This document shows, piece by piece, positions 12,502 to 27,299 of a stretch of DNA of 64,000 nt. Below the pieces are notes generated by a model. That model was not told the DNA's origin and ran no database searches. It was given only the letters and a program-made list of their open reading frames with translations. Position 1 is the stretch's first letter; every line of letters begins with the position of its first letter. The translations under genes and the position numbers were made by a program. Origin of the DNA: Eledone cirrhosa (taxonomy: Eukaryota); assembly GCA_964016885.1 (NCBI GenBank), contig OZ024742.1:56978001-57042000 (forward strand), in the 5' to 3' direction.

Positions 12502-13073
12502 CCCATGAGACACGATGTGATAGCTAGAACCATCTGGAACGCACTTCGGAAAACAAAATTAAAAACAAACGAGGAAGAATATATTGAAACAGATGGCACT
12601 AAAGAATACTGGTAGAACCTGAAAATAAAAACTGCCACCAAATTAAAGCACAACCGACCTGATATTGTTGTTTGGGACCACACATTGAAAACGTGTTCTG
12701 TTGTGGAGATCAGCTGCCCACTTGATGTAAACGTTGTCAGAAAAATACAGGAGAAGGAGGACATCTACGGACCATTGATGAGGAGTTTACAAATCCAGTT
12801 TCCAAGATACACCTTTAGCATCATACCCATCATTATAGGAGCTACGGGTTATATACCAACCTGCTTGGACCAATGTATAACTGAACTTGGATTTGTTGAC
12901 AAAGAGCGAAGCTCCCTAATTCATAGTCTACAAATGGCTGCGATAGCTGGCACCTTCAAAATTTGCAAAACATTCTTGCGATTCAAGGGATGACAATTTC
13001 TTTTCTTTTACAACCTTGCCACCAGGAAGGTGGCCGGTCAAAAATATACTCGAAATTAAGAGAAAGAGATAAA
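12502..13073 (+). mobile_element. 5'-truncated R4/Dong subfamily A 3' end (lacks the SINE)
   Basis: Near copy of 10933-11705 without the SINE (IIIGATGYIPT is contiguous). (TACA)n on both sides. Confidence 0.92.
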
Positions 13074-13099
13074 CATACATACATACATACATACATACA

Positions 13100-13129
<30 letters not shown>

Positions 13130-13130
<1 letters not shown>

Positions 13131-14928
13131 TTATCAATGGCCTAATTGTTTCACCGGTATCTGATGAGAACTAATACAGATACTTGGGGATAGACGAAAA
13201 TATATCTTATGATGGTATTTGTAACAAGGAACGCGTAAGCAAGGAATATAGCACCTGAATAAGAAAAATATGGTCTTCTGAACTTCCTATGCTCAATAGA
13301 TCAGCGGCCCACAATGTGCTTGCGGTGCCTGTTGTGGACCCAACATTTGGATTACATGATTGGAAGGTAGATGTAATCCGAACCATCAATGTTAAAACCT
13401 GAAAAATTCTAACCTGCACCGGAAATTTTCACATCAGCAGTGACATAGACCGGCTCTATCCGAAACGTAAACAGTTTGGGAGCAGATGCTTAACATCAGT
13501 CCAGACAGCATTTGAGTGTCGCAGCATATCCCTCGGACAACATCTACGAACCACCATGTGTAGGAGCCCATCTTTTGAACAAGTCTGTCTACATGAGAAA
13601 GATCATGAGAGTTGGGAAAGAGCTCCTTGAGAAGTATTGACTATATGATAATCAAAAATTTACACCCAGAGATATTGCACCGCAATACAGCAGTGAATCC
13701 ATGGATGACAGACTGTATGCTTATCGGGGTGAAAAATCATGCATGGCTACGTTACCAGCAAGCTTCAAAGTGAGAGTAATATAGAAAAGCAAAGTATTCT
13801 TGGACAAACAACCGTTATATTGGCTCTCATTTTGAAGGATATGCTTTTGCAATCCAACAACAGGAAATAACAACAAAATCGCTGACTCACAAAAGCGATA
13901 GGGATGCAGGCAAAACACCTAGATGTGACAACAGATACAGACTCCGTGGAATTAACATGGAAAATGTCATACATATTATAAGCAGCTGTCCAAGAATTTC
14001 ATCATGGTACTCTCTGCCTATGGGGCATGATTTAGTAGCCAAAACACTATAGAAAGGATAGCCCTGACAATAAACATATACAAAGTTACAGCAATGGGGA
14101 AGACATACACATACGTAATATGAAAGAGTACAGATGGAATGTTCCTGACAAAACTCGAATAAAATGCAAATACAACAAACCAGACATAGTGATATGGGAC
14201 AAAGAAAAGAAGGTATGCATAGTAGTGGAAGTTAGCTGCCCAGCAGATTCCAATATAATGCTAAAGATCAGTGAAAGGAAAACATTTATACTGAACTAAT
14301 GAGAAATCTTCAGATACTCCACCCTGACTATACCTTTAGATTTGTACCTGTGATCATTGCATTTCTTATACATGTTACTTACTCGATACAAGTCTTGAGA
14401 AGCTGAAAGGGCATGTCTAGTTAGGAAGTTGCAAGTACAATCCACTGTAAAAATATGTAAATTATTACAGAAATACTGCATGTAATAACAGCATATACAC
14501 ATGTATAGACAAGGAATCATATACTTCTATACACATATAACTCAAAACATGCAGATCCACTCATACAATAACATCCATACCTGCACACACACACACACAT
14601 ATATACACACAGGCATACATACGTATTTACCTACTTGTTATTGTCTAAATTCCAATGAAACAGTTTTGTATCTGTGTTAGAAACAGGGTCTCTTTCTATT
14701 GGTGAAAATTTATAAAATAATTGTTTCTACTTTTAGCACAAGGCCAGCAATTATCCAGTGCATTACTGGTACTTTTTTTTATCGACCCCGTAAGGATGAA
14801 AGACAAAGTTAACCTCGGTGGGATTTGAACTCAGACGATAAAGGACTGTAACTCTATGCTGCAAAGCATGGTGTCTGACTCTCTACCGATACTGCCAATC
14901 CCCCGCCCTATAAAATAATAAAACCAGA
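13130..14928 (+). mobile_element. Longer, decayed 5'-truncated R4/Dong subfamily B-related copy
   Basis: Starts in RT (YRYLGIDENISYDGICNKE) and continues through KPDIVIWD/VVEVSCPAD to a B-type 3' UTR ending aaaaccagaa. Many stops and frameshifts; a SINE is inserted near the 3' end. Confidence 0.85.
14722..14908 (-). mobile_element. tRNA-derived SINE, 11-bp TSD
   Basis: Reverse complement of the 11280 SINE. TSD tataaaataat at 14711-14721 and 14909-14919. Confidence 0.9.
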
Positions 14929-15120
14929 AAAACAATCTGCTTTCTGTCTCTTTCAAAATAGATTATAACCAGCCTTTCTCTGAGATAAACAACGACTTTG
15001 TTAATTAATATTCAGGTAATAGTTCTAGACACTAAGTATGAGAAGTGATAAGAAAGAATTATTTATATTTTAGAACGTTGATACACTTTGCACAGAAATA
15101 GTTGTTGCATAATAAATAAT

Positions 15121-15284
15121 TGTTTCTACTTTTGGTACAAGGCCAGCAATTACCCAGTGCATTACTGGTACTTTATTTTATCGACCCCGTAAGGATGAAA
15201 GGTAAAGTTAACTTCGGCGGGATCTGAACTCAGAGCGTAAAGGGGCGTAACTGTGCTAGAAAGCATGGCGTCCAACCCTCTACC
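15121..15284 (-). mobile_element. tRNA-derived SINE, slightly 5'-truncated, 17-bp TSD
   Basis: TSD gttgcataataaataat at 15104-15120 and 15285-15301. Confidence 0.9.
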
Positions 15285-15859
15285 GTTGCATAATAAATAA
15301 TATTCTACGAACATCATACTTCTACATTCTTGCCCTTTTATATATGTATTATAGAAATGTAGCTGGAAATATTTGAACGATAATTATTCCATATATATTC
15401 CAAGATTAATTGTCTCTCGTTTAATTCAATAAGTGAAGATCGTATTATAATATAAATATCTATCTTACTATAAATGTCATGTCTGTAAGCATCTCATATA
15501 ATTTCCTGTCTGATCAGGAAATTTAAGCTGCATCGAACTTATTTGGTACAGAATTTAGTTGACATTGAGTAATTCGAATACTGAGTAATTCGAATTCTGC
15601 AAAGAGAAGCTTTCCAGATGTTTGTAGAAATATGGAGCAACTAACTGTTGTAATATAACCTATGAACTATTAAACCAACATATCTATAAAACACCGTCTC
15701 CAGTGAAAGTAGAGTTAGTTGCATTAGTATTTCTTCTTCATAATCCATCAATCTGTGGTTCGTTCTATTGACTTCATTGAGAATCCTTTGAAACTCCTTT
15801 CAAGGCAGGATTTTAAGAATATTGAAATCCAAGTCACCTTTCCATTATACAATGCCATT

Positions 15860-16430
15860 TTAGAGAATGTTATATAGAGAGACTGTTATATAGAGAGAAT
15901 ATTATATATAGAGAATGTTATATATAGAGAGAATGTTATATATAATATTATGTATAGAGAATGTTATATAGAAAATGTTATATATAGAGAATGTTATATA
16001 TAGGGAGTGTTATATGTAGAAAATGTTATATATAAGGAATGTTATATATAGAATGGTATACATAATGTTATATAGAGAATGTTATATATAGAATGTTATT
16101 TATAGGGAATGTTATATATATATATATAGAATGTTTTACAGAATGTTATATGTAGAAAATGTTATACAGGGAGAATGTTATATGGGGAATGGTATATAGA
16201 GAGAATGTTATTTATAGGGAATGTTATGTAGAGAGAATGTTATACAGTGTTATATGTAGAAAATGTTATATAGAGAGAATGTTATATAGGGAATGGTATA
16301 TAGACAGAATGTTATGTAGAGACTGTTATATAGAGAATGTTATATAGAGAATGTTATATATAGAGAGAGGCTGTTATATATAGAGACTGTTATATAAAGA
16401 ATGTTATATATAGAGAATATTACATATAGA
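15860..16430. repeat. Minisatellite, ~12-16-bp unit (ATATAGAGAATGTT)
   Basis: Dozens of variable copies of gaatgttatata(ga)n. A second degenerate minisatellite (taccaattatacagtgactgt) follows at ~16438-16600. Confidence 0.9.
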
Positions 16431-17448
16431 GAGTCTAGTACCAATTATACAGTGTCCTGTACTAATCATACAGTGACTGTTATCACCGTTACCAAATTAT
16501 AGTGTATCTGTTATCACTGTTACCACTTTATACAGTGACTGTTATCACCTATACAGTACATATTACCAATTATACAATACATGTTACCATTTATACAGTG
16601 CTCTGGCAACTTATTGCGTTAGATTGTACCACCTGGGGATAAATATTTACAGCTAGGTGATCAGGGTCCATTTGAAAGACAGTTTTTAATCTATAAAATA
16701 TATTAACATAGCTCAAAACCTGATTGAGAGAGGTGTGAAATAAAGATATTGGCTAGAACACAAGCATCGGCTTTCTTTCAAAATTTCAAGAATAATTGTT
16801 ATTCAAGGCATATTAGGACCCCGTACTGGCGAAGTCCTCCCTGGCTCGTCTAAGGAAGGAGCCCTGTGAGGTGGGGTGGCAGTTACAGTGGGTGTCGCTG
16901 GCCTTGTCCGCGGGAATGCTCTTGCTGTCCTGTTCGCGAGGCGCAGCCTCAATACTGCTGCAGTCTACCTAGGCCCAGAGCCCATCACCCTCCACCATCC
17001 CCCTCCCTATTCTTCTGTGACACTAGAACCCTTGCCTTTCTCTTCCTTTTCCGTTTTGATAACCACAAAAGACATTTGAATATTCAATGTAACTCTACTT
17101 TGTGTAGTCTGTACTGTTTCTATTTACTTATATATGTTCAATATGTAAATAAACCAGTTGTAACGTTAACCAGTGTTATCTTAGCAAAGAGAACGACGGT
17201 CAAGTGTGCAAATAACGTTTACTCACTAGAGATGTTTGAACGCTACACAAAAGGCCAATGAAATATTCATTATTTCCTCCGTGTTGATGCTATTGGAATA
17301 TATTTGTTTTACCAATTGCCGTACTGATTTAATATTCGATGAAATCAAAGCGAAGACTTTGTTTAGAGAAAGGAACATAATTGAATTCCTAATTTTTAAA
17401 AAGGAATTTCACATGCGTAAGCCAATTAGATTCGGTGAATATAGTTAA

Positions 17449-18645
17449 CTAGCTGAGGTACCCGGCTTCCCCCGGAAGATCAGATAAAAGAGAAAACGAT
17501 TGTATTGGATGTGTTGTCTGGTTTATAGTATGGTGTAAGACCGTAATGTGTGTGAGTGTGTGTAAGAGAGACATAAAAAAAAACAATCATAAAACTTCCT
17601 TATTAGGCTGGGAGAGTAAACTGCCGATTAAATGGTAGCAATAGCCTTGGATTTAAAATGTGAAATAGCCATAGTCAGTATGATCTTTTTCAGCTCCAAG
17701 GGACGTCATCTGAAACGCAGCAATATACCACATAACATTGCTTCTGAAGTGTTTAGCTTCGTTAGTATGGTCTGTACGCAGTATATGGCTAAAAGCTGGA
17801 TGGTCCTCTATCAGTGGAAGTCTTACCTTTCCTCCTAAGCAACACATGCCAAGTGTAATATCCATGCTACCAATCGCGACTTTAGGATAATTTCTATAAT
17901 TCTTCGATGGATCATATGAAAACGCAGCTCTTAGCCAGTTTATTCTGCCTTGAAGAGTTGTTTGTGCTGGTCGAGTTTGCATCGCAACAGTCATTGCGTC
18001 TTGGTGATTTTCATATAGAGCCTCTGTTTGTTGCGATAGTCTTTCTTCTTGCTTTAATCTTTCTGTTTCCCGTTTCATATTATGCTGAATGTCACAATGT
18101 TAATCTGTCCATTTATTCCCAAGTCATTTTTTTTATATTGTTTGTGAGTTTCTTTTTCGCTTGAAGATTTCAACCATTTGGCGGACATTGTAATGAAGAT
18201 AGATGAGCAGTGTTTCGGTGACATGATGAAATTAATTTTCTTGGAAAATATCGTGAAAAAAACCCACAATACAAAGCAATAGAAAAAAAATAGAAATAAA
18301 TGCAAATAGCAGCCTCAGAGAATACGTTGACACTCTCTCATCTGAATTAGGTCAATAATAACTGTTTCTACTTTAGGCACAAGACCAGCAATTACCCAGT
18401 ACATTACTGGTACTTTATTTTATCGACCCCGTAAGGATGAAAGGCAAAGTTAACCTCGGCGGGATTTGAACTTAGACTGTAAAGGGACGTAACTATACTA
18501 GAAAGCATGGCGTCCGACCCTCTACCCATACTGCCAAATAATAACATGACACTACATTAAAAAAATTAAGTTAATACACACCGTAGATTAATGTAAAAAA
18601 TTCTTGTTCTGTAAAATCTCTCTCTTTCTCTCAGCCTCACCCTCT

Positions 18646-18683
<38 letters not shown>

Positions 18684-18835
18684 AGATGTGTATGTATGTA
18701 TATATTATGTGTGCGTGTGTGTGTGTGTGTGCGTGCGTGTGTGTGTGTGCGCGTGTGTGTGTGTGCGTTTGTGTGTGTGTAGTTTTCTTGCAACAAAACA
18801 ACCAATAAAAATTTCTCTTTTATATTATATATAGA
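17449..18835 (-). mobile_element. Internally deleted Helitron
   Basis: Minus strand starts A|TCTATATATAATATAAAA (18835) and ends with a GC hairpin CCGG-gggaag-CCGG..CTAG|T (17449). ORF 17653..18078 has Helitron N-terminal motifs (IGSM, GMCCLGGKVRLP, AAFQMTSLGA). Confidence 0.8.
18363..18536 (-). mobile_element. tRNA-derived SINE nested in the Helitron
   Basis: Same family as 11280. Short duplication aataataac on both sides. Confidence 0.88.
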
Positions 18836-20059
18836 TAATTAAGTATTTGAATTGATTCCATTTAATTGTTAATATATGGTTAAATGGAAATAATTTACGG
18901 TAAAAGTACTACTAATGATGAAGATTATAATGAAATACCAAGTTGATATATAATGCAGAGGCGGGTTGAAATATTGAAAGGTTGAGGCCTCGAATAGATG
19001 TACTCAAGAAGGAAAACGATTCAATTCAGAAGCCAGATCTGCCAACCTCTAAAATTCCAAACGAGGAGTACGATGAAAAAAAGTGCCCCAAAACGGGGGA
19101 AAATGGGGCAAATGGGGAGATTTTGCATAATGAAAGCTATACCCATTTTCACAAGAAAAGACATTTCTTACCCACCCCAAAGTGGGTGGGAGATCTCCCC
19201 GTCGGACGGGGAGAGTTGACAGGTCTGGGAAGCGGAGATATTTGTTACTGTTAACTGATCAAATTTTACTTGGATACGATAAACCATATCGATATATGTA
19301 ACAAGTGTATATATATATATATATATGAGATTGGGTTCAATTACTGTAAACAAGCTAATGTGTATATTTCGTTATGAATAGTGATAGTTGTGGTAGTGTC
19401 GAAGCTAGGTTTACAAATCTGTACAGTATATTTTTAAAGTTCTTTCATCTTTGTCGTATGTTTTTGATTGCTATAAGTAGCAAAGTCGAGCTTCCAGACT
19501 CTGCAATGTTCTTCCTGTAACAATAATAAAAAGCCTTATGTTTGAAAAGTAAATCAATATTTTTTTGTACTTTTTTCTATAATTTCTTTTGAATTTAATT
19601 TAGTAAGTATTTTAAAGAAAAATTGCAAACATTTTACTGAAAATAATACTAGACTGAATTAACAAAATATTTCTATTTCTACGTCTGTTGAATTTTTCTC
19701 TATATGTTTTATTATATTTTTACCTAGTTTCTGTATATATTATATATTTTTACCGAGCTTCAATAGATTTTCTTTCCTTTTTATCAGTGACTTTTCCTAT
19801 TCAATTAAACAGAAAACAACAATGTAATCAGACTTAAATAACTAAAGACTACAAACAAAATGTTGCACGTGAGTTGTTATTCAAAGACTTCAAACACCAA
19901 TAAATCTCGGGTTAATATAAGTTAATACGAACAAAGAACTACTCGAATTTAGTAAAAACAAAACGTTTTGCCACACTCGGTGAACTCAAAGAAACTACAC
20001 AAGTAAGTGTCATATATATATATATATATGTGTGTGTGTGGTGGGGGGTGTATGTGTGT

Positions 20060-20160
<101 letters not shown>

Positions 20161-20482
20161 TGCGTGCGTGCGTGTGCGCGTGTGTAGGTAGCAAAATATC
20201 ACAACGAGAACACAAATACATATATAAGAAGTAGCCACATGGAGATAACATAAGAAACAATGTTCGCCCCTTCCGGAACTCTCTATAGGTTATGTAAACC
20301 GGTTTTGATCCTAGGATTCAACTCCATATTCTGGTATCGATATTCTGGTAAATGATAAAAAAAACGTGTTAGCCATTTAGGGAAACGTGCATAAAACTAA
20401 CAAAATGGTATAATTCTCCATAAACCCTTGGTTGTATTAATATTTATTTTACATATGTGTGGGTAGGTTGTGAGTGTGTGTC

Positions 20483-20573
<91 letters not shown>

Positions 20574-21350
20574 GAATGAGAGGTATGTACGAGAGATACA
20601 AACTATGTGCAACATTCTAATTAATCGGGTATCAGTCAGACAAGAAACAAATTTATAAATGAAATGTCGCCGAGTTGTAGACGTGTTCTACAGTTTTGCA
20701 AACAATTCAAAAATATATATTAAAAAGTTATATCTTTACATGAAATATTGCCTAAACGTTGTTATAATATAATGCACATTTATTTCATTAGTATGATGAC
20801 AGCAAAAATAATTTATTACAAAGATTGCGACGAGTAAACAAACAAACAGCAGCCGTTTTTGTAATATATCTTTGTAAAGTTGTATATAGATACGAAGAAA
20901 ATATAGTTTCTCATGTTATATGTATATATACAGATAACGTCTGAACAAAAGTTGAAATTATGATATCAATGAGACACATATTAAAACAACTGTAAATTTT
21001 CCTATTAAATGCAACGTGTACGAAACCAGCTAAACTGCATAGATGTGAGCTAACAACAACATGCGTACGATATGACTGGGGACCCTATAATTAAAGTATG
21101 CGAGAATCATCCTATGAGATGCATCTTCATTGGTGGCCAAATAATCTCACATGTTTAAATAATCTCGACGGTGTAGAGGGATACATACACACACACACAT
21201 ACTTACATATATATATATATATATATATATATAAGACTATATTGTTTATTTTGAATAAGTTGATTCAGGAGGTTTGGTACCACACACGTCGAAACGCAAC
21301 TGCAGATCCATATTTTGCAAGCGGCAGACATCTGTGAGACCTGATATTTC

Positions 21351-21433
<83 letters not shown>

Positions 21434-21937
21434 TTATATATATATATTTTTATATATATAATTTCATATATATATATTTAATTTTATTATATATATATAT
21501 ATAATTTTATATATATATATTTATTTAATTATATATATATATATCTAAAATTAAATTAAATATATATGTATAAAATTAAATTATATATATATATTATTTT
21601 ATTTTATTTATATATATATATTTATTAAAATAACAGAATAAAGTTTAAGCACAGAATCCATGTGTATATATATATAAAGTTAGTTTCATACACACATACA
21701 TACATTCATACATACATACACACGCACACATACATACATGCATACATACAAACATACATATTTTTCATTCGCTTTTGTTTTTCGTTTCCATTTTTCTGTC
21801 TATCATGTGACAGAACCTTAATTGTAGTTAAACGATGGTTACAATACTTTCTTATATATATTTTATCACAAATATACTAGTGTGCTTCAATGACTGAATG
21901 CCAATATCTGTGTCTGTCTCTATGTCTGTATGTATGT

Positions 21938-21994
<57 letters not shown>

Positions 21995-22236
21995 CGGAAA
22001 AAATGAAACGAAATTTCATTTCTCACTCTTAGTACGGCTGTTACTTAAATATAAGTATGTATACGTACATACATATATGTATATAGACGTACAGTAGTAT
22101 GTATATATATATACATACATGCACACATATATTCATGTACGTATGGATTCACCGAACATTTATTATAATGCTCGGTGTGTTTGTAAAGTGTCTAGCAACC
22201 ACCGTTGCTCGTTTGTTCAACACTGACAAAGGAACG

Positions 22237-22273
22237 CTGTACTAGTTTCAAGCTTATTAGCTATCGTCAGCAA
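22237..22273 (-). ncRNA. Candidate minimal type I hammerhead ribozyme
   Basis: Minus strand: ttg-CTGACGA-t-AGCT-aata-AGCT-t-GAAAC-ta-GTA-cag. Palindromic stem III (ACTAGT); stem I only ~3 bp. Confidence 0.55.
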
Positions 22274-22356
22274 AGTATACCTTCCTGCCAGATGATTGAA
22301 CGTCTGAAAGTATATACTTTCCTTATGCATATTAACGGCTGAGCAGCCTAATTTAC

Positions 22357-22479
22357 ATATCGAATGAGTTAATCGGCCGGGCGCACGTAAACGATAAACA
22401 GAAAAAATGAAACGAAATTTCATTTCATTTTTTCCGTTTATCGTTTTTGGTGCGCCCGGCCGATTAACTCACTCGATAT
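22357..22479. repeat. ~120-bp imperfect palindrome in a (TA)n-anchored element (~21988-22480)
   Basis: atatcga(a/g)tgagttaatcggccgggcgcac..aaacgataaac..aaaaaatgaaa mirrored around cgaaatttca. The inner part is repeated at 21990-22021, next to (TA)n. Confidence 0.85.
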
Positions 22480-22772
22480 CAAGATGGCGTAGGACAGAAC
22501 AAAGGAGAGGCACAATATATGACAATATATGAACAACCGTCCGGTTATGGAACCAACCAACCAACCGGAAATTTATAAATTCTTAAATTTATAAATTTAA
22601 TTTATAATAAATTGGAGTGAAAGCAACTGGTGCATGTGTTTCTTATTGGCAACATGACCCTACTAAAGCATAAAAATATCGCTTTCAACACGCGTTTTCA
22701 CATAAAGAATCTTGCTAAACAAATTCAGAAACGAAATATATATATATATATATTATTTATAATACATATATA

Positions 22773-22934
22773 GTGCAGGTGAATTGGCAATATCGGTAGA
22801 GGGTTACGTCCCTTGCCATTCTGAGTTCAAATCCCGCCGAGGTTAACTTTGCCTTTCATCCTTAGGGGGTCGATAAAATAAAGTACCAATAATGTACTGG
22901 GTAATTGCTGGCCTTGTGCCAAAAAGTAGAAACA
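22773..22934 (+). mobile_element. tRNA-derived SINE with internal deletion, ~21-bp TSD
   Basis: TSD attatttataatacatatata at 22752-22772 and 22935-22955. Confidence 0.88.
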
Positions 22935-22955
22935 ATTATTTATAATACATATATA

Positions 22956-23052
<97 letters not shown>

Positions 23053-23131
23053 GCATACATACATATATATATACACACATATATATATATATATATAGTT
23101 AAAAGAATAGAGGTGTAACACACAAGTTATT

Positions 23132-26021
<2,890 letters not shown>

Positions 26022-26047
26022 TCCATTTCCACGCTAGCATGAATGTG

Positions 26048-26078
<31 letters not shown>

Positions 26079-26640
26079 CTAGAATGAAATATAAAAACAA
26101 AATATATAATCTTTCATGTAATCATTAGCTTTCCCCTTTCATGAAAGCCCTTTTATTCAAGATTTTGATGAAGAGTCATTTCAAATTATATTCTTTACTC
26201 GAAATAAGTAAAAAGAATATTTTTCGACTGTCTGCAAATTACTTTATCTCGCTCAGCCACCATTTCCTATTTAGTTTATATTTCACATTTCTCCGTTGCT
26301 TTTTAAATATTCCTTTACACAGAGCTAGTCAATTGCTACTTCACTTGCCATAAATCATACATTATATTTTATTTTTACATATATTATTTTATATTATATC
26401 TTTTTTGTTTCGTTTAAGGCATTTCTTCATAATATTTTTTATGAATATTTTTAATTTTAATGCTTTGATAATATTTTATTTAATCTTTCTCTCCATGATG
26501 TCCATATTTGTAACAAAAGGTAAAATTTATTGCTGTTTTCTTTACGAAGCGACTTCTTCTCGTAAATAAAATGTCAGAATCATAAATAAGTGAACAAGCA
26601 CATTCCAACGGATGGACACACATGCAGATATTCGTGTTAT

Positions 26641-26679
<39 letters not shown>

Positions 26680-26690
26680 GTGTGTATATG

Positions 26691-26780
<90 letters not shown>

Positions 26781-26785
26781 GTGTG

Positions 26786-26945
<160 letters not shown>

Positions 26946-27013
26946 GAAAGTATGAGTGTGTGTGTTTCTCCATATGTTCTGATACATCACTATCGTTATT
27001 ATCATTGACTGAA

Positions 27014-27172
27014 TGCCATGCTTTGACACATAGAGTTACGGCCCTTGCCATTCTGAGTTCAAATCCCGCCAAGGTTAACTTTGCCTTTCATCCTTACGGG
27101 GTTGATAAAATAAAGTACCAGTGATGTATTGGGGTGATTGCTGGCCTTGTGCCAAATGTAGAAACAATTATT
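27014..27172 (+). mobile_element. 5'-truncated tRNA-derived SINE
   Basis: gccatgctttgac..gagttcaaatcccgcc..gtagaaacaattattat. Confidence 0.88.
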
Positions 27173-27299
27173 ATGTCCTAGTTCACGTCTAAATGTATTG
27201 CACTGGAGACTCCACCATGGTATTCTATAGAGCGTAAGTAAAAAGGACAACGTTCTTGGGAGACTCTGCGCTTCGACGATAATCAACTAGTCAATATTT

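Noticed and set aside
15860-16600. CRISPR-like array
   Set aside because: No unique spacers; ordinary eukaryotic minisatellite.
16810-17175. GC-richer island, possibly a LINE 3' UTR
   Set aside because: No diagnostic motif or second copy in the window to assign it.
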